Position numbers and translations under genes: made by a program. Of a DNA stretch of 64,000 bases, positions 36,793-48,976 are shown one piece after another; within the stretch, counting starts at the first letter, position 1; each line of letters opens with the position of its first letter. The notes below the pieces were generated by a model, which was not told the DNA's origin, did no database searches, and saw only the letters and a list, made by a program, of their open reading frames with translations. Origin of the DNA: Diadema antillarum (Eukaryota); the NCBI RefSeq assembly GCF_040938485.1, contig NW_027271076.1:310001-374000 (forward strand). The letters run 5' to 3'.

Positions 36793-37929
36793 TTAATCAG
36801 CTGATCCCACGTTGGCGTGTTGGCATATCGACAACTCGATCGCGTGTGGCAAACGAAGATTTGATTTTTGCCGATGCTTTAAATGACTTTTCTCGAGTCG
36901 GTGTTGCAATTCCAAATCCTCAAATATTGGTGTATTCCTTTTGCTTTTGTTTCTGAAGAAGTGCCTCACGGCCTCACGGAATTGCGGGTGTCGAAGGGTA
37001 TACACTATCGGGTTCACGCAGGAGTTACAAATGGCGAGGGCGATGACCACGCGTGCGAGAGTACTACGCACAAAGGAAGGAGTGAGACCTAGGTTGAAGG
37101 AGAGGAATGCTATTTGGTCTGGGGCCCAGCAGATGACGTAGATAAGGACAACCGTCAATGTTAGCGTGAGGACTCGAGAACGAGCGATTTGATGGAACGA
37201 TGCCGTGGACTCATTCGACACGAAGCGGGCGGCTTCTCTTCGGAGAGAACGTGCAATGGCTATCTGGGTCACTACCATGAGGACGGTCGGGAGAGCGAAA
37301 TGAACCACGAAGACATAAATCCCGAAGACGGTTTCGAGGCTTCGTGGCTGTCGTTGATACACGCACTTTCCCACTATGACGTCCGTAGTGTTGGTCCAGA
37401 AGATTCGAACCATAAAGACACAGGATCCTGCCCAAATAAGACAAACGATGCGATTGACGAGCCGACGAGTTGCGAATCGCATAAAATGGATTGGATAAAT
37501 GACAGCGAAGAAGCGATCGAAAGACACTGCCACTAGGCTGTAGATCGATGCCGTAACCGCAGTCCACATGACATATTCGCCTTCCATGACTTTACAAAAT
37601 AATGAACCCGTCCACGTATTTGGAATCGAGTTGACTGTTGGGTGCGGAATCAAGAAGACGGAGGTGACAAAATCAGCGATCGCCAGATTTCCGACGAGGA
37701 TATCCGTTGAGCGATTCATGGAGCGACGGCCGAATACGACAACGATGACGAGAGCGTTGCCAGTGATCCCAAGAATTGCGATGACGAGCTCGCAGATCAC
37801 ATACCAAGACCATGCCATAGCTTCCCAAGACCACGAGATTAGTTCCTGCCCAACCACAGACGAAAGCATTTCGGTCACCACCACATCTATATCTACTTTT
37901 GCCGACATTCCAATAGGTGCTGCACTCAT
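36793..37929 (-). CDS. Class A GPCR copy 4, 378 aa from the exonic ATG; shortened N-terminus and extended C-tail
   Basis: Intact 7TM motifs. ORF-track residues 1-22 are the intronic polypyrimidine tract. Candidate acceptors give exon starts at 37966 or 37957, and both put the exon-1 ATG in frame. Confidence 0.9.
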   Translation of the reverse strand: MSAAPIGMSAKVDIDVVVTEMLSSVVGQELISWSWEAMAWSWYVICELVIAILGITGNALVIVVVFGRRSMNRSTDILVGNLAIADFVTSVFLIPHPTVNSIPNTWTGSLFCKVMEGEYVMWTAVTASIYSLVAVSFDRFFAVIYPIHFMRFATRRLVNRIVCLIWAGSCVFMVRIFWTNTTDVIVGKCVYQRQPRSLETVFGIYVFVVHFALPTVLMVVTQIAIARSLRREAARFVSNESTASFHQIARSRVLTLTLTVVLIYVICWAPDQIAFLSFNLGLTPSFVRSTLARVVIALAICNSCVNPIVYTLRHPQFREAVRHFFRNKSKRNTPIFEDLELQHRLEKSHLKHRQKSNLRLPHAIELSICQHANVGSAD

Positions 37930-38736
37930 CGCTTTCAAAATGAATTTCTTGTATAGCCTGTCACTACTGGCAAGAGAAAGAAAAAAAAAACAAAGCAAGA
38001 AACAAAGTGAAATAAAATGAAATAAAAGATACAACTATGTCTTATCATTTAATGTCTTTCGGATCAAAAGAACATTGTGACGATAACAAAAAAGTAAAGT
38101 AAAATATTCAGTCTGATGATTACATTCCATCATTATTCAGATATATCATTATCAAGAGTATGTGTATATAGTTACCTTAAATTTATGTGATTTAACATTG
38201 TGCTTCATTATAGCTGCGTTTTCCGGACCTTTACATTTACCGCCATTGATAACAAGAACATTATAGTGAATCTTTTCTATTCAATGAGGATGTCCTTATA
38301 CCTGCTTTCTCATTTCTATTGTTTTGAATAAATATTGAAGATTTGTCATGTTGTAAAGCAGAGACAAAGATTAGGACAAAACTATGATATATTCCAAAAT
38401 TATAGACGTCTGAGTATTATAATTGTACAAAGGATTGAAATTTGGTATCTTAGATAACCATGGTCTTATTAGGTGAAAGTACAATTTCATGTTTTAATGA
38501 AATTGCGATTATTAAAAAAAAAGTGTCTTTAAGCTATTCTTGAAAACAAACCTTTGAAAAAAATGTATGTATATTATAAGTTGTTATTTTGAAAAGCCTT
38601 TCACACTTACACGCAGGACGCTTCATGCCACTTTAATTTTCGTTTCTTGCTGAAAGGTTGAAATGGGTAAACTTTAGACAGAAAAAATAGATACGCATAT
38701 CAACACACAGTTCTTTACACTAGTAATCTCTTTATT

Positions 38737-38992
38737 TGGGACCCTGCATGACAAGACCCAACAAAAAGTCAGGATTTTTTTAGTTGAAAGGGTTGAAACA
38801 GCAGACTTTAAGTTTCAAAACGATGTATAACTCAATTAAAAAATATTCTCCAAACCTATCTGAACAAGGGACATGAAGCCACACTCGGGGGAAGTGTGTA
38901 CATACTGGGAAAAGAGGCTTTGAAGTATAGCTTCTATTCAAGCACTTAATCTTACCAAGCCGTGCTAGCTGGGCCATGACTGGGACAGAAAA
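38737..38992 (+). mobile_element. MITE family 1 fragment, intron of copy 4
   Basis: Decayed left TIR plus ~250 bp of family interior. Confidence 0.65.
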
Positions 38993-39277
38993 GTCCCCTG
39001 CGTATATGGCTAGAATTTACGTTTATCATCAGGTTTCCCATTTTCTTGAAAAGGACTGTCAGAACATTAATTGTAAGATAGTCAGAATTAAGGGCTACTA
39101 TACAAAAGCAAGAGATGGAAGAAATAGTGCGAACCTGCCTTCGGATTTCTAAAGAAATAATCATGTTGACGATATTAGCCTGTTTTGATAGTAGAACACT
39201 GTTTCCATGATTGCTCAATTTATAACAACACTAGCGCTGACACAAACACCCACACACAGAGAGACCAACACACTTAC

Positions 39278-39362
39278 CTCATGAAGAAGATCCGGTCTAT
39301 CTCGCAGTGAACATCCAGAACGACGTAGTGGAACTTCGGAAAACTTCGACACTACTTTTATA
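39278..39362 (-). promoter_or_regulatory. TATA box plus exon 1 of copy 4
   Basis: TATAAAAG at 39362-39355. The exon ends CATGAG|GTAAGT. Confidence 0.75.
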
Positions 39363-40229
39363 GGAAAAGATCATTTGGGGAGTGCACTCCGAAAATACTA
39401 GAACGCTACAAAAGCAGAAACGGTTGAATGGGATTTCTGATCTAGTCTTGCAGCCACTTTGGAGTTCATGCAAAGTCAACTTGAACTCATCTCTCCCTAT
39501 CTCTCTCCCTCTCTTTCATTTGTCATATTTTCAAGTTTTAAGAAGGGAATTCAAGAAGATTTCCTCAGGTGAAGATGACAAAGAAACGCATCAACATTTT
39601 TTTTTTTCGCTAATGAAATGCAATATCACGTTTATAACGGGCATTAATCCATGCATGAATTGCAGTGCCCAACGCTGGATGTGCAATACTATTTTTCCTT
39701 TGCGACAGAAAGGGATATCGATGTTTGGGTCTTTGTGAGGAACAGATCAATGGTGTAACAGAGTTCCTGTGGGCATTAGCTTATGAGGACATTGCATGTC
39801 TGTTTTTCTCTCTCTCTCTCTCTCTCTCTGACGTAAGTATGCGAGGAAATGTTCTCATGTCTATCTCAATTGTTCCCTGTACTGTTTATTCGATTTTTTT
39901 TCTATACATTTTCCTTGATACTTCGGTTTTCAGTGCAGGCCCGATGTACTTCTCAATTTTCTTCTGGTGTTTTGTACATGTCTACCAGTGTGTGAAGTGA
40001 TCTTCTTTGCTTTCAAACTTGCGCTTCTTAAAAGGATATTGAGGGTTAACTTTGTATATTATACCTTCCCCGGAATTCTTGTTTCGTTTCCATACTTAAA
40101 GCAACATTTATTATGAGAAGAAGAAAATGAGGAAGAAGAGGGGAGGAAGAAGAAGCAGAAGATAAAGAAATGAGGAGAGCATAGACATAGGATCCAACGT
40201 AGGATCAAACTTTCCTGTTTTAGAATGAA

Positions 40230-40830
40230 AAACACATGTTCTTTTAAAGAAAATAATTTGTTGCCTTGGTAACGGCTGAAGACATCATTTAGAAAAGTGG
40301 CCATAGGTGGATTCCTTTTCAGCATCCCCAAAAGAGTAAAAAAAAAAGGGCCGACAAATTAAACTGTACAAAAATTGATTATTTATTTATCTAGTTTTTC
40401 TTTTACTGGGGTACTTCTCCTTTCTAGGGAAAAAAGTTGTTGCCATAGCAACGATAATAATGTGGCATGAACGTAGGGGAAAAAGCTGATAATTATCATA
40501 GCAATTTGTAATGAGTATGCTACTCAAACTTTTCATCTTTTCATGCTTTTTGATGAAAAAAAATCATTTTCTTTTAAAAATTAGCTGTTACCATGGCAAC
40601 CGTTATTGCTATGACGTTGCTGTGACAGTCGGAAATTGTGAGTTTTAATTTGATTGAAGCGTGATATGTTTATAGTGACTTATTTTGGTGTTTTTAGCAT
40701 GCTTTTGTGATGTTTAATGAAAAATACATGTTATTTCAACGAAAATAATTTGATGCCATGGCAACGGCTAAAGATGTCATTTAGAAATATGGCAATAGGT
40801 CGATTCGTGTTTGGCACCGACAAAATAAAG
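40230..40830. repeat. Insertion with ~110-bp direct repeats and four RFX X-box-like palindromes
   Basis: 40230-40330 repeats at 40720-40830. GTTRCCNTRGYAAC-type motifs at 40260, 40439, 40587 and 40752 (the last has one mismatch). Confidence 0.6.
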
Positions 40831-40942
40831 GAAATAGCTCAAAAAATCTCACTATACAGAAGTTTATCATCTATGGACGTATTCTTGCTTTTCTTTCAAT
40901 CGCCGTTTGTAGCTATATTTTTTCGCTTTGAAAATTAAGGAA

Positions 40943-41549
40943 GGGGATTGAGCAGGAGAGCCCGTAACTATGAAAAAAAAAAGGAAAAGGGAAGATATTC
41001 TGAGGTGTTATTATGACCTTTGATCGTCTATTAGTGCATGCAATACGTTATTACCATGATGACTCATGGAAGGTACCAAATACTATTAGGGGAGATTTGT
41101 TATTGTTATGGATTATGACTTTAGCCATTATACTGCTAGTCAAAGAATGTCATGACAGGGGGGGGGGGGAGGGGGATTGAGCAGGAGAGCTTTTACTATG
41201 AAAAAAGAAAAGAAAAAGGGAAGATATCCTGAGGTGTTATTATGACCATTGATTGCCTAGTAGTGCAGGCAATACGTTATTACCATGATGACTCATGGAA
41301 GGTACCAAATACTATTAGGGGAGATTTGTTATTGTTATGGATTATGACTTTACCCATTATACTGCACCTTAGCTAGTCAAAGAATGTCATGACGGAGGGG
41401 GGGGGGGGGATTGAGCAGGTCATGGAGAGCCCGTACTATAACGAAAGAAAGAAAAAGGGAAGATATCCTGAGGTGTTATTATGACCATTGATTGTCTATT
41501 AGTGCAGGCAATACGTTATAACCATGATGACTCATGGAAGGTACCAAAT
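40943..41549. repeat. Tandem triplication of a ~230-bp unit (2.6 copies)
   Basis: Units start GGGGATTGAGCAGG at 40943, 41172 and 41406, separated by G-runs. Confidence 0.9.
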
Positions 41550-41640
41550 GCGACCGTCCGGCTCAAAACAAAAACAAAAACAAAAACGGCAAAATAAGGT
41601 TCTCTGTATGAGAGAAATATATTATTCAGAGGGGTGAAGG

Positions 41641-41798
41641 TTCAGGTGCGAGTTTCTTCACTTTGTCTCCCTCTACAGATTAAATTTGTTAAGATTTCAA
41701 CTGCTGATCTGTAAATTAACAAACATGTCGGAAAAAAAGAGCCAAATTAACAAATTTAATTTGTAGAGCGAGACAAAGTGAAGAAACTCGCACCTGAA
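41641..41798. repeat. 158-bp hairpin / mini inverted-repeat element
   Basis: 52-bp arms at 41641-41692 and 41747-41798, with 2 mismatches by eye. Confidence 0.75.
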
Positions 41799-42417
41799 GG
41801 TTCTCTGTAATCGAACAAATCATGCACTTTGGGTTGACCGAATCAAATCGTTGAAGGTTGTCATTAATACTAGGGGAACTAATCTTTTCTCTTCCTATAC
41901 TGTCGAAATTTGAGGGCTTAACAAAACTGAAAATGACAAGTGAGCCGTTCTTTCTGGAGCAATATAATTTGTTTTCCTTGTTGTTGTTGATGTTCTTGTT
42001 GTTGTTTTTGGACATGCACTGCTTTCAATGTGAAATACTCTTCTGCAAAGCACGCCTGGGTGAACCTAATTCTATTTTTAAATCATCTTTTGTCCCTTTC
42101 TTTAAATGAAACTGCACCTCCTAACTGTCTTTATTATGCCAGTCGTTTTTATTGCTTAGGATAGTCCAATTTTAACAAGTTATTATCATTTTAAGTCCAT
42201 TCACTTTTGGTTTTGGGGGCTTTTTTTTTTTAGCTGGGTGGTCTCAAATGCAAGATAAGATAAAATCAGCCAACCAGCAAACAAAAGCAGAATGTGAAGC
42301 AGACTAAAGTCTCCAAATTAGCACGAAATCAGAAAGAGTCTTTTGTTTCTTCATCCCACTGTAAGAAAGAAACAATTATATTATTCAACTTGTATAATTT
42401 TTTTCAGAATCAAGTGT

Positions 42418-43533
42418 TTATCCTAGGATTAATTTTTTTTCGGGTCGGTACTGTGATTCTAGATGCTCAAATATTGGTGTATTTCTTTTGCCTGTGTTCA
42501 TGAAGAAATCCTTAACTGCTTCATGACATTGTTGGTGGCGAAGGGTGTACACTATTGGGTTCACACAGGAGTTACAAATGGCGAGTGCGACGAGAAAGCG
42601 TGCAAATGGACTGCGCACATATGAAGGAGTGAGTCCCAGGTTAAATGGCATATGCAATATATGATCTGGGGCCCAGCATATGATATAGATAAGGACAACC
42701 ATTAATGTTAGCGTCAGAACTCGTGATCGGGCAACATTGTGGAATAATGCTGTGGACTCATTCGACATGAAGCAAGCGGCCTCCCGTCGAAGGGAACCCG
42801 CAATGTCTGCCTGGGTCATAATCATAAGAGCGGTCGGGATAGCAAACAGGATAACAAAGATGAAAATCCCTTAGACAACTTCAAGGATTCGTGGTGGTCG
42901 TTGATACACGCACTTTCCCACTACGACGTCTGTAGTGTTGGTTCAGATGATCTGAACCATCAAGATACATGATACCGCCCAAATAAGACAAATCGTGATA
43001 TTCACGAATCGGCGATTGATCAAGCGCTTAAAATGGATCGGATAAACGACTGCGAAGAAGCGATCGAAGGACAGTGCCACCAGGCTGTATATCGACGCCG
43101 TAATTGTGGTCCACATCAAATATTCTCCTTCCAAGACTTTACAATATAATTCTCCCGTCCATGAATTGGGAATAGACTTGACGTTTGGGTACGGAATCAA
43201 GAAGATTGAAGTAAGAAAATAAGCTACCGCCAAATTTCCTACGAAGATATCCATTGAGCGACTCTTTCCGCGACTCTTCGATCGACGGCCGAACACCACG
43301 GCGATGACAAGGGCGTTGCCAGTGATCCCAAGAATTGAGATGACAAGCTCGCAGATCACATACGAAGACCACGTCATAACTTCCCATGACCATGTGATCA
43401 GGGGTGGCTCAGCTGCGGACGAAAAATTGCTATATTTCTCTTTGGCATTTAATTCGAAGGAGACTGTCAGCATTTCGGCCCCTACCTTTTTCAAGCATAG
43501 TTTTGGGGACACTCCAGTAAGCGTTGTATTCAT
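42418..43533 (-). pseudogene. GPCR copy 5 pseudogene, closest paralog of copy 6
   Basis: The two ORF-track fragments are in the same frame, broken by TGA (42943-42945) and TAA (42871-42873). There is a +2 frameshift near the C-terminus, and D2.50 is changed to Y (LAVAYF). It shares the ICL1 4-aa insertion (RGKS) with copy 6. Confidence 0.93.
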
Positions 43534-46049
43534 TGTTTCGAAAATCGATTCCTTTTTCCCTGTAACATCAAATGAAAAAAAGTATTAATGAATAATTCAA
43601 AACAAGTGAATAAAAAAGTCTCACTATGTTGAGCCCCTGGGGTTAAGTCAACATAAGGTAGGTCACCGAAAATTGTTCACTTTCATACATAGAACAATTA
43701 ATTATCCTTAGCCTTTTTTTTTTCATTATCATAATGATGTTGATAAGCAGTTATATAATCATTACAGAAAATGATTATGTTAATTTAACATTCTGCTTCG
43801 GTAAATCTTTGTGTTCGGAAACATTACATTTACCGCCAATGATAAGAAGAGCATAATGAATCTTCACTATTCAGTATGGGTGTTCCTTTATTAGTTCTCT
43901 CGTATTCGTTCCTTTGACACCATGTTACTTTTTGTATGAAGGACATAAAGTTCAGATCCTGAATGTGATATCTTCCGCAATTTCCAAAATTAATGATTCA
44001 GATTATGGTAAGCTAATAAAAACTGAATAAGCTAATCTGGTAGATAACCTTGTTGCTATCGAACATAATAAAGGGCATGCTGTTTGCATGAAATTGCGAC
44101 AAAAAATGAGAATTGGTACTTTTTTGTCTTTAATAAAAGACTTCGATAAAGATACATATAAAAGACACAAATAAAATGGGAATATGCTTTATGATTGTAC
44201 TACTTTATATCTTCTTGTCTGTATGGACACGATGTGTGCATGTGTGTGTGTTTTTGTACAATACACTTGCTATTTTGTAAAGCCTGTCCCAAGTTCATGC
44301 AAAAGCCTGGCATTAATTTTTGTTTGTGATTTAACGGTTCAGATGAATAACCTTGATAGAAAGCCAAATATACGTGTATACATGTATTTGTGCTCTATTT
44401 CATACACATGGCAGCCACATTCTGAAGTTTCATGTTAAAGTAAACTCGACTAGGAGTGGATTTTATTTCTAATAAAAACAAATTATCCGCTATAAAAATA
44501 CTACGATTTTCTATTCCTCATGCTTCACTTCTGAAACCACTACAGGAACATTTTGTACGAGAGTAAAATGAGTTGTCCATAATAATGCAAAGCTCTGATT
44601 TTTAGTGGACCCCTCTCTCTTGAGATAGAGGATGGATAATCTATCATGTTACGTTGTATTTCTTTTAAATTCATAGTTACTTATAATTTTCATGGTACAG
44701 TTACATTTCTTGTCAGTTCTTTTCTTGGATATAATAATGATTATCTTCTGTTGAAGAAGCAACTGAAATATCAAGATTGAATTGAATTGAATTGAATTGA
44801 AATAATAAGGTCAACAAGAAACCAGAGAAGAAAACTGTCGAAGGAGCTCTTATTTAATAAGTTTAGTTTGAGCCTTCGTTTGGATTTCCAAAGTCAAACT
44901 TGCTGATGATAGCTATCTTCTGTAGTAGACGATAATAAAATTTCTTCAGGCCACTTTGATTGCCTGCAAACTCAGCTTGAATTCATTTGTTATGTATAAT
45001 AGTATTCTAAGAAAGTTCCACTATTTTGCATAGAATTCAAGAAGATCTTTCTAATGGGCATAACAAAGAGACGCATTAACTTTGCAGTTTCTGCGCAAGC
45101 ATACCACAATATCACGTCAGTAATCCATATATGGATTATATTAACGCTGATAGATGTGCAATAATCTTTTTATAGTATTTTTATTTATTCATTTATTCAT
45201 TTCTGCCGAGGAAATCGAAAATCGATCATTCGGGTTTTTTCCCCCTCTTTGTTAGGAAAAGATCTATGGTATGACAGAGTTCGTAGGTGCACTGACTCAT
45301 GCAAAGATTGCATCTCTGTCTTGTTGTCTTTCTTTTTCTCTCTCTCTCCTGCTCACTGACATGCGCACAGAAATATCCAACTGTCTTTCTCACTCGTTCT
45401 CTCTGCTCTTTGTCCGTTTTTTTCTCTCCCCCATTACAGATCTGAATGGTTTCAGTCCTTTTCTATTAGTGTGTAGTCGTCTTCTTTGCTTTCAGATTTG
45501 TGCTCCTAACTAGGCTACTATAAAATTGTACTATGCTCTCTGAAATTCTTGTTCTTTTAAAGCAACAATAAAAGCAACAATTATGATAAGACGAAGAAAA
45601 AGAGAAGAAGAAAATAGAAAAAAATCATAATAAAAGATTATAGATCATGCGCATGCGATAAATTCAAAGAATACCTGCGTGATTTTGTTTTTGTTTTTGG
45701 CTTTTCACTCTCTGCAATAAGCATTATACCGGTATCTACAAAAACGTTTGTTATAGAAAGCTAATTTCTACTTGTACATGTTTAACCATGGTTAAATGCA
45801 GTACCTATAGTCTTATATTTTCAACTCTTTTAGAACATTCAGTGGTTTGTGTGGATTATATTGAAATTTATGTTGCCAGTAGACCAAGTGCATTACATAT
45901 GGCCAAACTATTCAATTCAGCTAATGCTTGCCATTTAAAAAAAAACAAAAACAAAAACAAAAAAACTAGCCAAATTGTTCAGGATAATGTTTCAATTTTC
46001 TTCAGATCCAAAGAAGAAAGACAATAGTTTTGGAGAAAGTAAAGTAGAT

Positions 46050-46288
46050 GTGAATGTGTATGCATGTAGTGGTAGAGTAGTTAAACGTCCTTTACGCCTT
46101 GTTTTGTAAACACATTTATTTATATCTGTTATTTTCACATGTACATGTAAATTATCACTTACACTTTTGTATTCATATACTGTAAATATGTTTGTTCTCT
46201 CATACCCCGAGAGGGGGTCGATAGAGTCAATAAAATCTTACAAATCTTACAAATCTTACAAATCTTACAAATCTTACAAATCTTACTT
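46050..46288 (+). mobile_element. Probable 3' end of a 5'-truncated LINE/SINE with a (AAATCTTAC)n tail
   Basis: Short GC stem (CCCCGAGAGGGGG), then AATAAA and about six 9-bp tail units. It is absent from the paralogous copy-6 region near 53500. Confidence 0.45.
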
Positions 46289-48976
46289 AATCTTTGACAC
46301 ACAAGAAGCAAAGTTCAGGTAACATGACCTTAATATGATTGAATTGGATTTAATCAATTTTGATTTAATGACTTTTATTAAAATGTATTTTCATTTAAAA
46401 AATTTAATTTCACAATGAAATTGATTTTATTATCCATTCTGAATATGTTTGTATAGCCTAAAACACGTTTGTTGGGTCCCGTGTCTCTGTTATTATTGTT
46501 ATGCAAGTCGAAGTTAATGTTCCTGTCAATGGTCGATGTCACTGCCCGTGTGCCTCTGTCTTTGTTTCTGTTCTTGTCTATGTCTATTGTGTCTGTCTTT
46601 GTCTTGTCCTTACCTCGGTTTTGCATTTCTACATAACATTTACTATAATACTTCATAGGGTCTATTCTGGAATCAAACACTCATTTATGTAAAGGGTGCA
46701 CTCGTCAAGAGTTCCTGTACTTCTAGAGATGCGCCCCAGCGTTTTCAAATTGGCCGCATATTACTTGTACTTCCCATATTCAATGAAAATAAATGTCATT
46801 GAACCTGAACCTAATCTATCACTGAAGGGGTTCACCAAAATGTTTTTTTTTTTACAGTTTTCACAAAGGGAAGAAAATCGAATTCAGAGTGTCACATTAA
46901 GTCTAGCTTTTGGTTTTCCTTTCCTGAACATGATTATGGTATTGAAATGGTGCTTAATGATTCCACGAAGATTTTCTACTAATAAACAATGCGTTGGTTT
47001 TTCAGAGGATCAGCAAAGAGTCCGGGTAAAACGCAAATCTCACTTTTTCTCTGCTCAGTAATAGTTAAGATATTAATGATTTTCTTTTTTTTTTCTTTTT
47101 CTTTTTTGCAGGGGAGGGGCACAAAATTCGTTCATTTTTTTGCTTTTATTTATTGTTTTATGGTGCAATGCTGGTGCTTTTTTTTTTAAATGGTGCTTCT
47201 TTTAAAGGAGAAATGTGTGGAGGATAAAGACTGCGGGGGAAGAGCGCAAATATGTGTCATTGTTCATCACGTAGTCACGTGCTCATACATGCACGAGTAT
47301 TATCCAGTCACAATTTATAATTTTGTTCTTAAACAACAACATTTCAAATACCTGACGTAAACGTTTTATCTTTATGGAGACAACAATAAGAAACAAAGAG
47401 ACAAAAAAAAAGAAACAAAGAAAGATAAATATATGATAGTTATTATGATTTATGACATGTAATATAATATATGATATATTATATATATAGCCCTTGCCCC
47501 CTTCAAACAACACATTTGTTATCAATTGTTGATGATTCATTTTTTTTTTTCAAAGATGCAGTAAATTCAGAATTGACAATAGATTATCAGAATAAATTAA
47601 CGCGACTAACGTATCATGAATCGAAATTAAACAAAAGGTATGTTTTTTGTTTTTTTGTCTTCAGTAATATACTATCAATTACTATGCCTGTTAATATGCT
47701 CCATGATAGAGTTATAAAAGAGGTAAATTAATTAAGATTTCTATGTTTGATTTTGGATGAACAGCTTTTGATGGCAGCCGCACATTGATAGCTAATGCCA
47801 AACAATTTCCCGCGAGATAGGTATTCTCAACAAATCAAAACTTGTTTTACTACGCATTTCAAGACGAATTTTTTCTCTAACGAAAGAAAATACATCCTAT
47901 TATCTGTAATATTCCGTCTAAAACACACACTAATGCATTATTTTCTGAAAAAAAAATCTTAAAAGCGAAATAATTTATATTTATGTCAGGTGAGTCAATT
48001 CATGCATAGATTAAACTATAACATAATATCCACATGTATTTGACACTACTATGTTAAAAGAAACAAACAAATCCATCCACATTAAATACCAAGCATTTCA
48101 TTTAAGTTTGACAAGCAAGGAGAAGATAAAAGGAATCAGAGGAGAGATATCCTGTGTGTGAGTGTTTTTTTTTAACTGTGGTATTGTCATAACGAGTGTC
48201 TATTAGTGCAGGCTATACGTTGTTGACGATTAATGTAAAATTAGCAAACGCAAAATATAATGAAACAAACAAGAAAACAAATACAAAAAGATTGAACAGG
48301 TTATATTCTGCAATTTATTCGAAATCAGAACAAAAAAAAAAAAGAGGGGCTTTTTATCATAATCCCATTCCCAAGAGTATACAGACATTGTTTACCTTCT
48401 AGATTTTTTTTGACAATCAGTTTAATTGACATAGAGTTGATAGAACTGTTTAGAATTTAGAGGCGTCGAAAATTCTTCGACCTAGACAAAGAATAACCAT
48501 ATACAAACATGAATAAGGCTTTAATGAAGACTTCTTACTGCTTTGAAACTCTGCCAATCAATATAAGGATCAAGATGTAAAAAGACAGCAGAAAAACAGA
48601 AATCAGGTTTCTAGAAATTGAAGGGTTGTAAAGGTCTTGTAATAGAAAGGTTTCTAATAGAAACTTTTGTGACAAAAGTATGTGCCATGGTGGTAACGTC
48701 CAATATTTCCACCGCAGTCATAAACTGCAACACATGTATGAAAAACAACAACAAAAGAATGTTGAAAGGTTGATATCTAAACGTACGCTTGCGTCATAAA
48801 GCAACATGTAAAACGACAAATGCACTACGAAGATTTTGTCTGGTGCCAATAATTCACAAACTTGGGGTTCATCCGTCCATAGAGCAGACGGTGCGGCTTA
48901 TGACGCGGTTTTAAAGAGATGATTCCATACTTCTATTAGCATGCTAGTAAATTGACAACATGTGGCAATCAAAGAG

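Noticed and set aside
42826-42945. An intron or frameshift between the two copy 5 ORF fragments
   Set aside because: The sequence is collinear and in frame with copy 6; the break is two nonsense substitutions.
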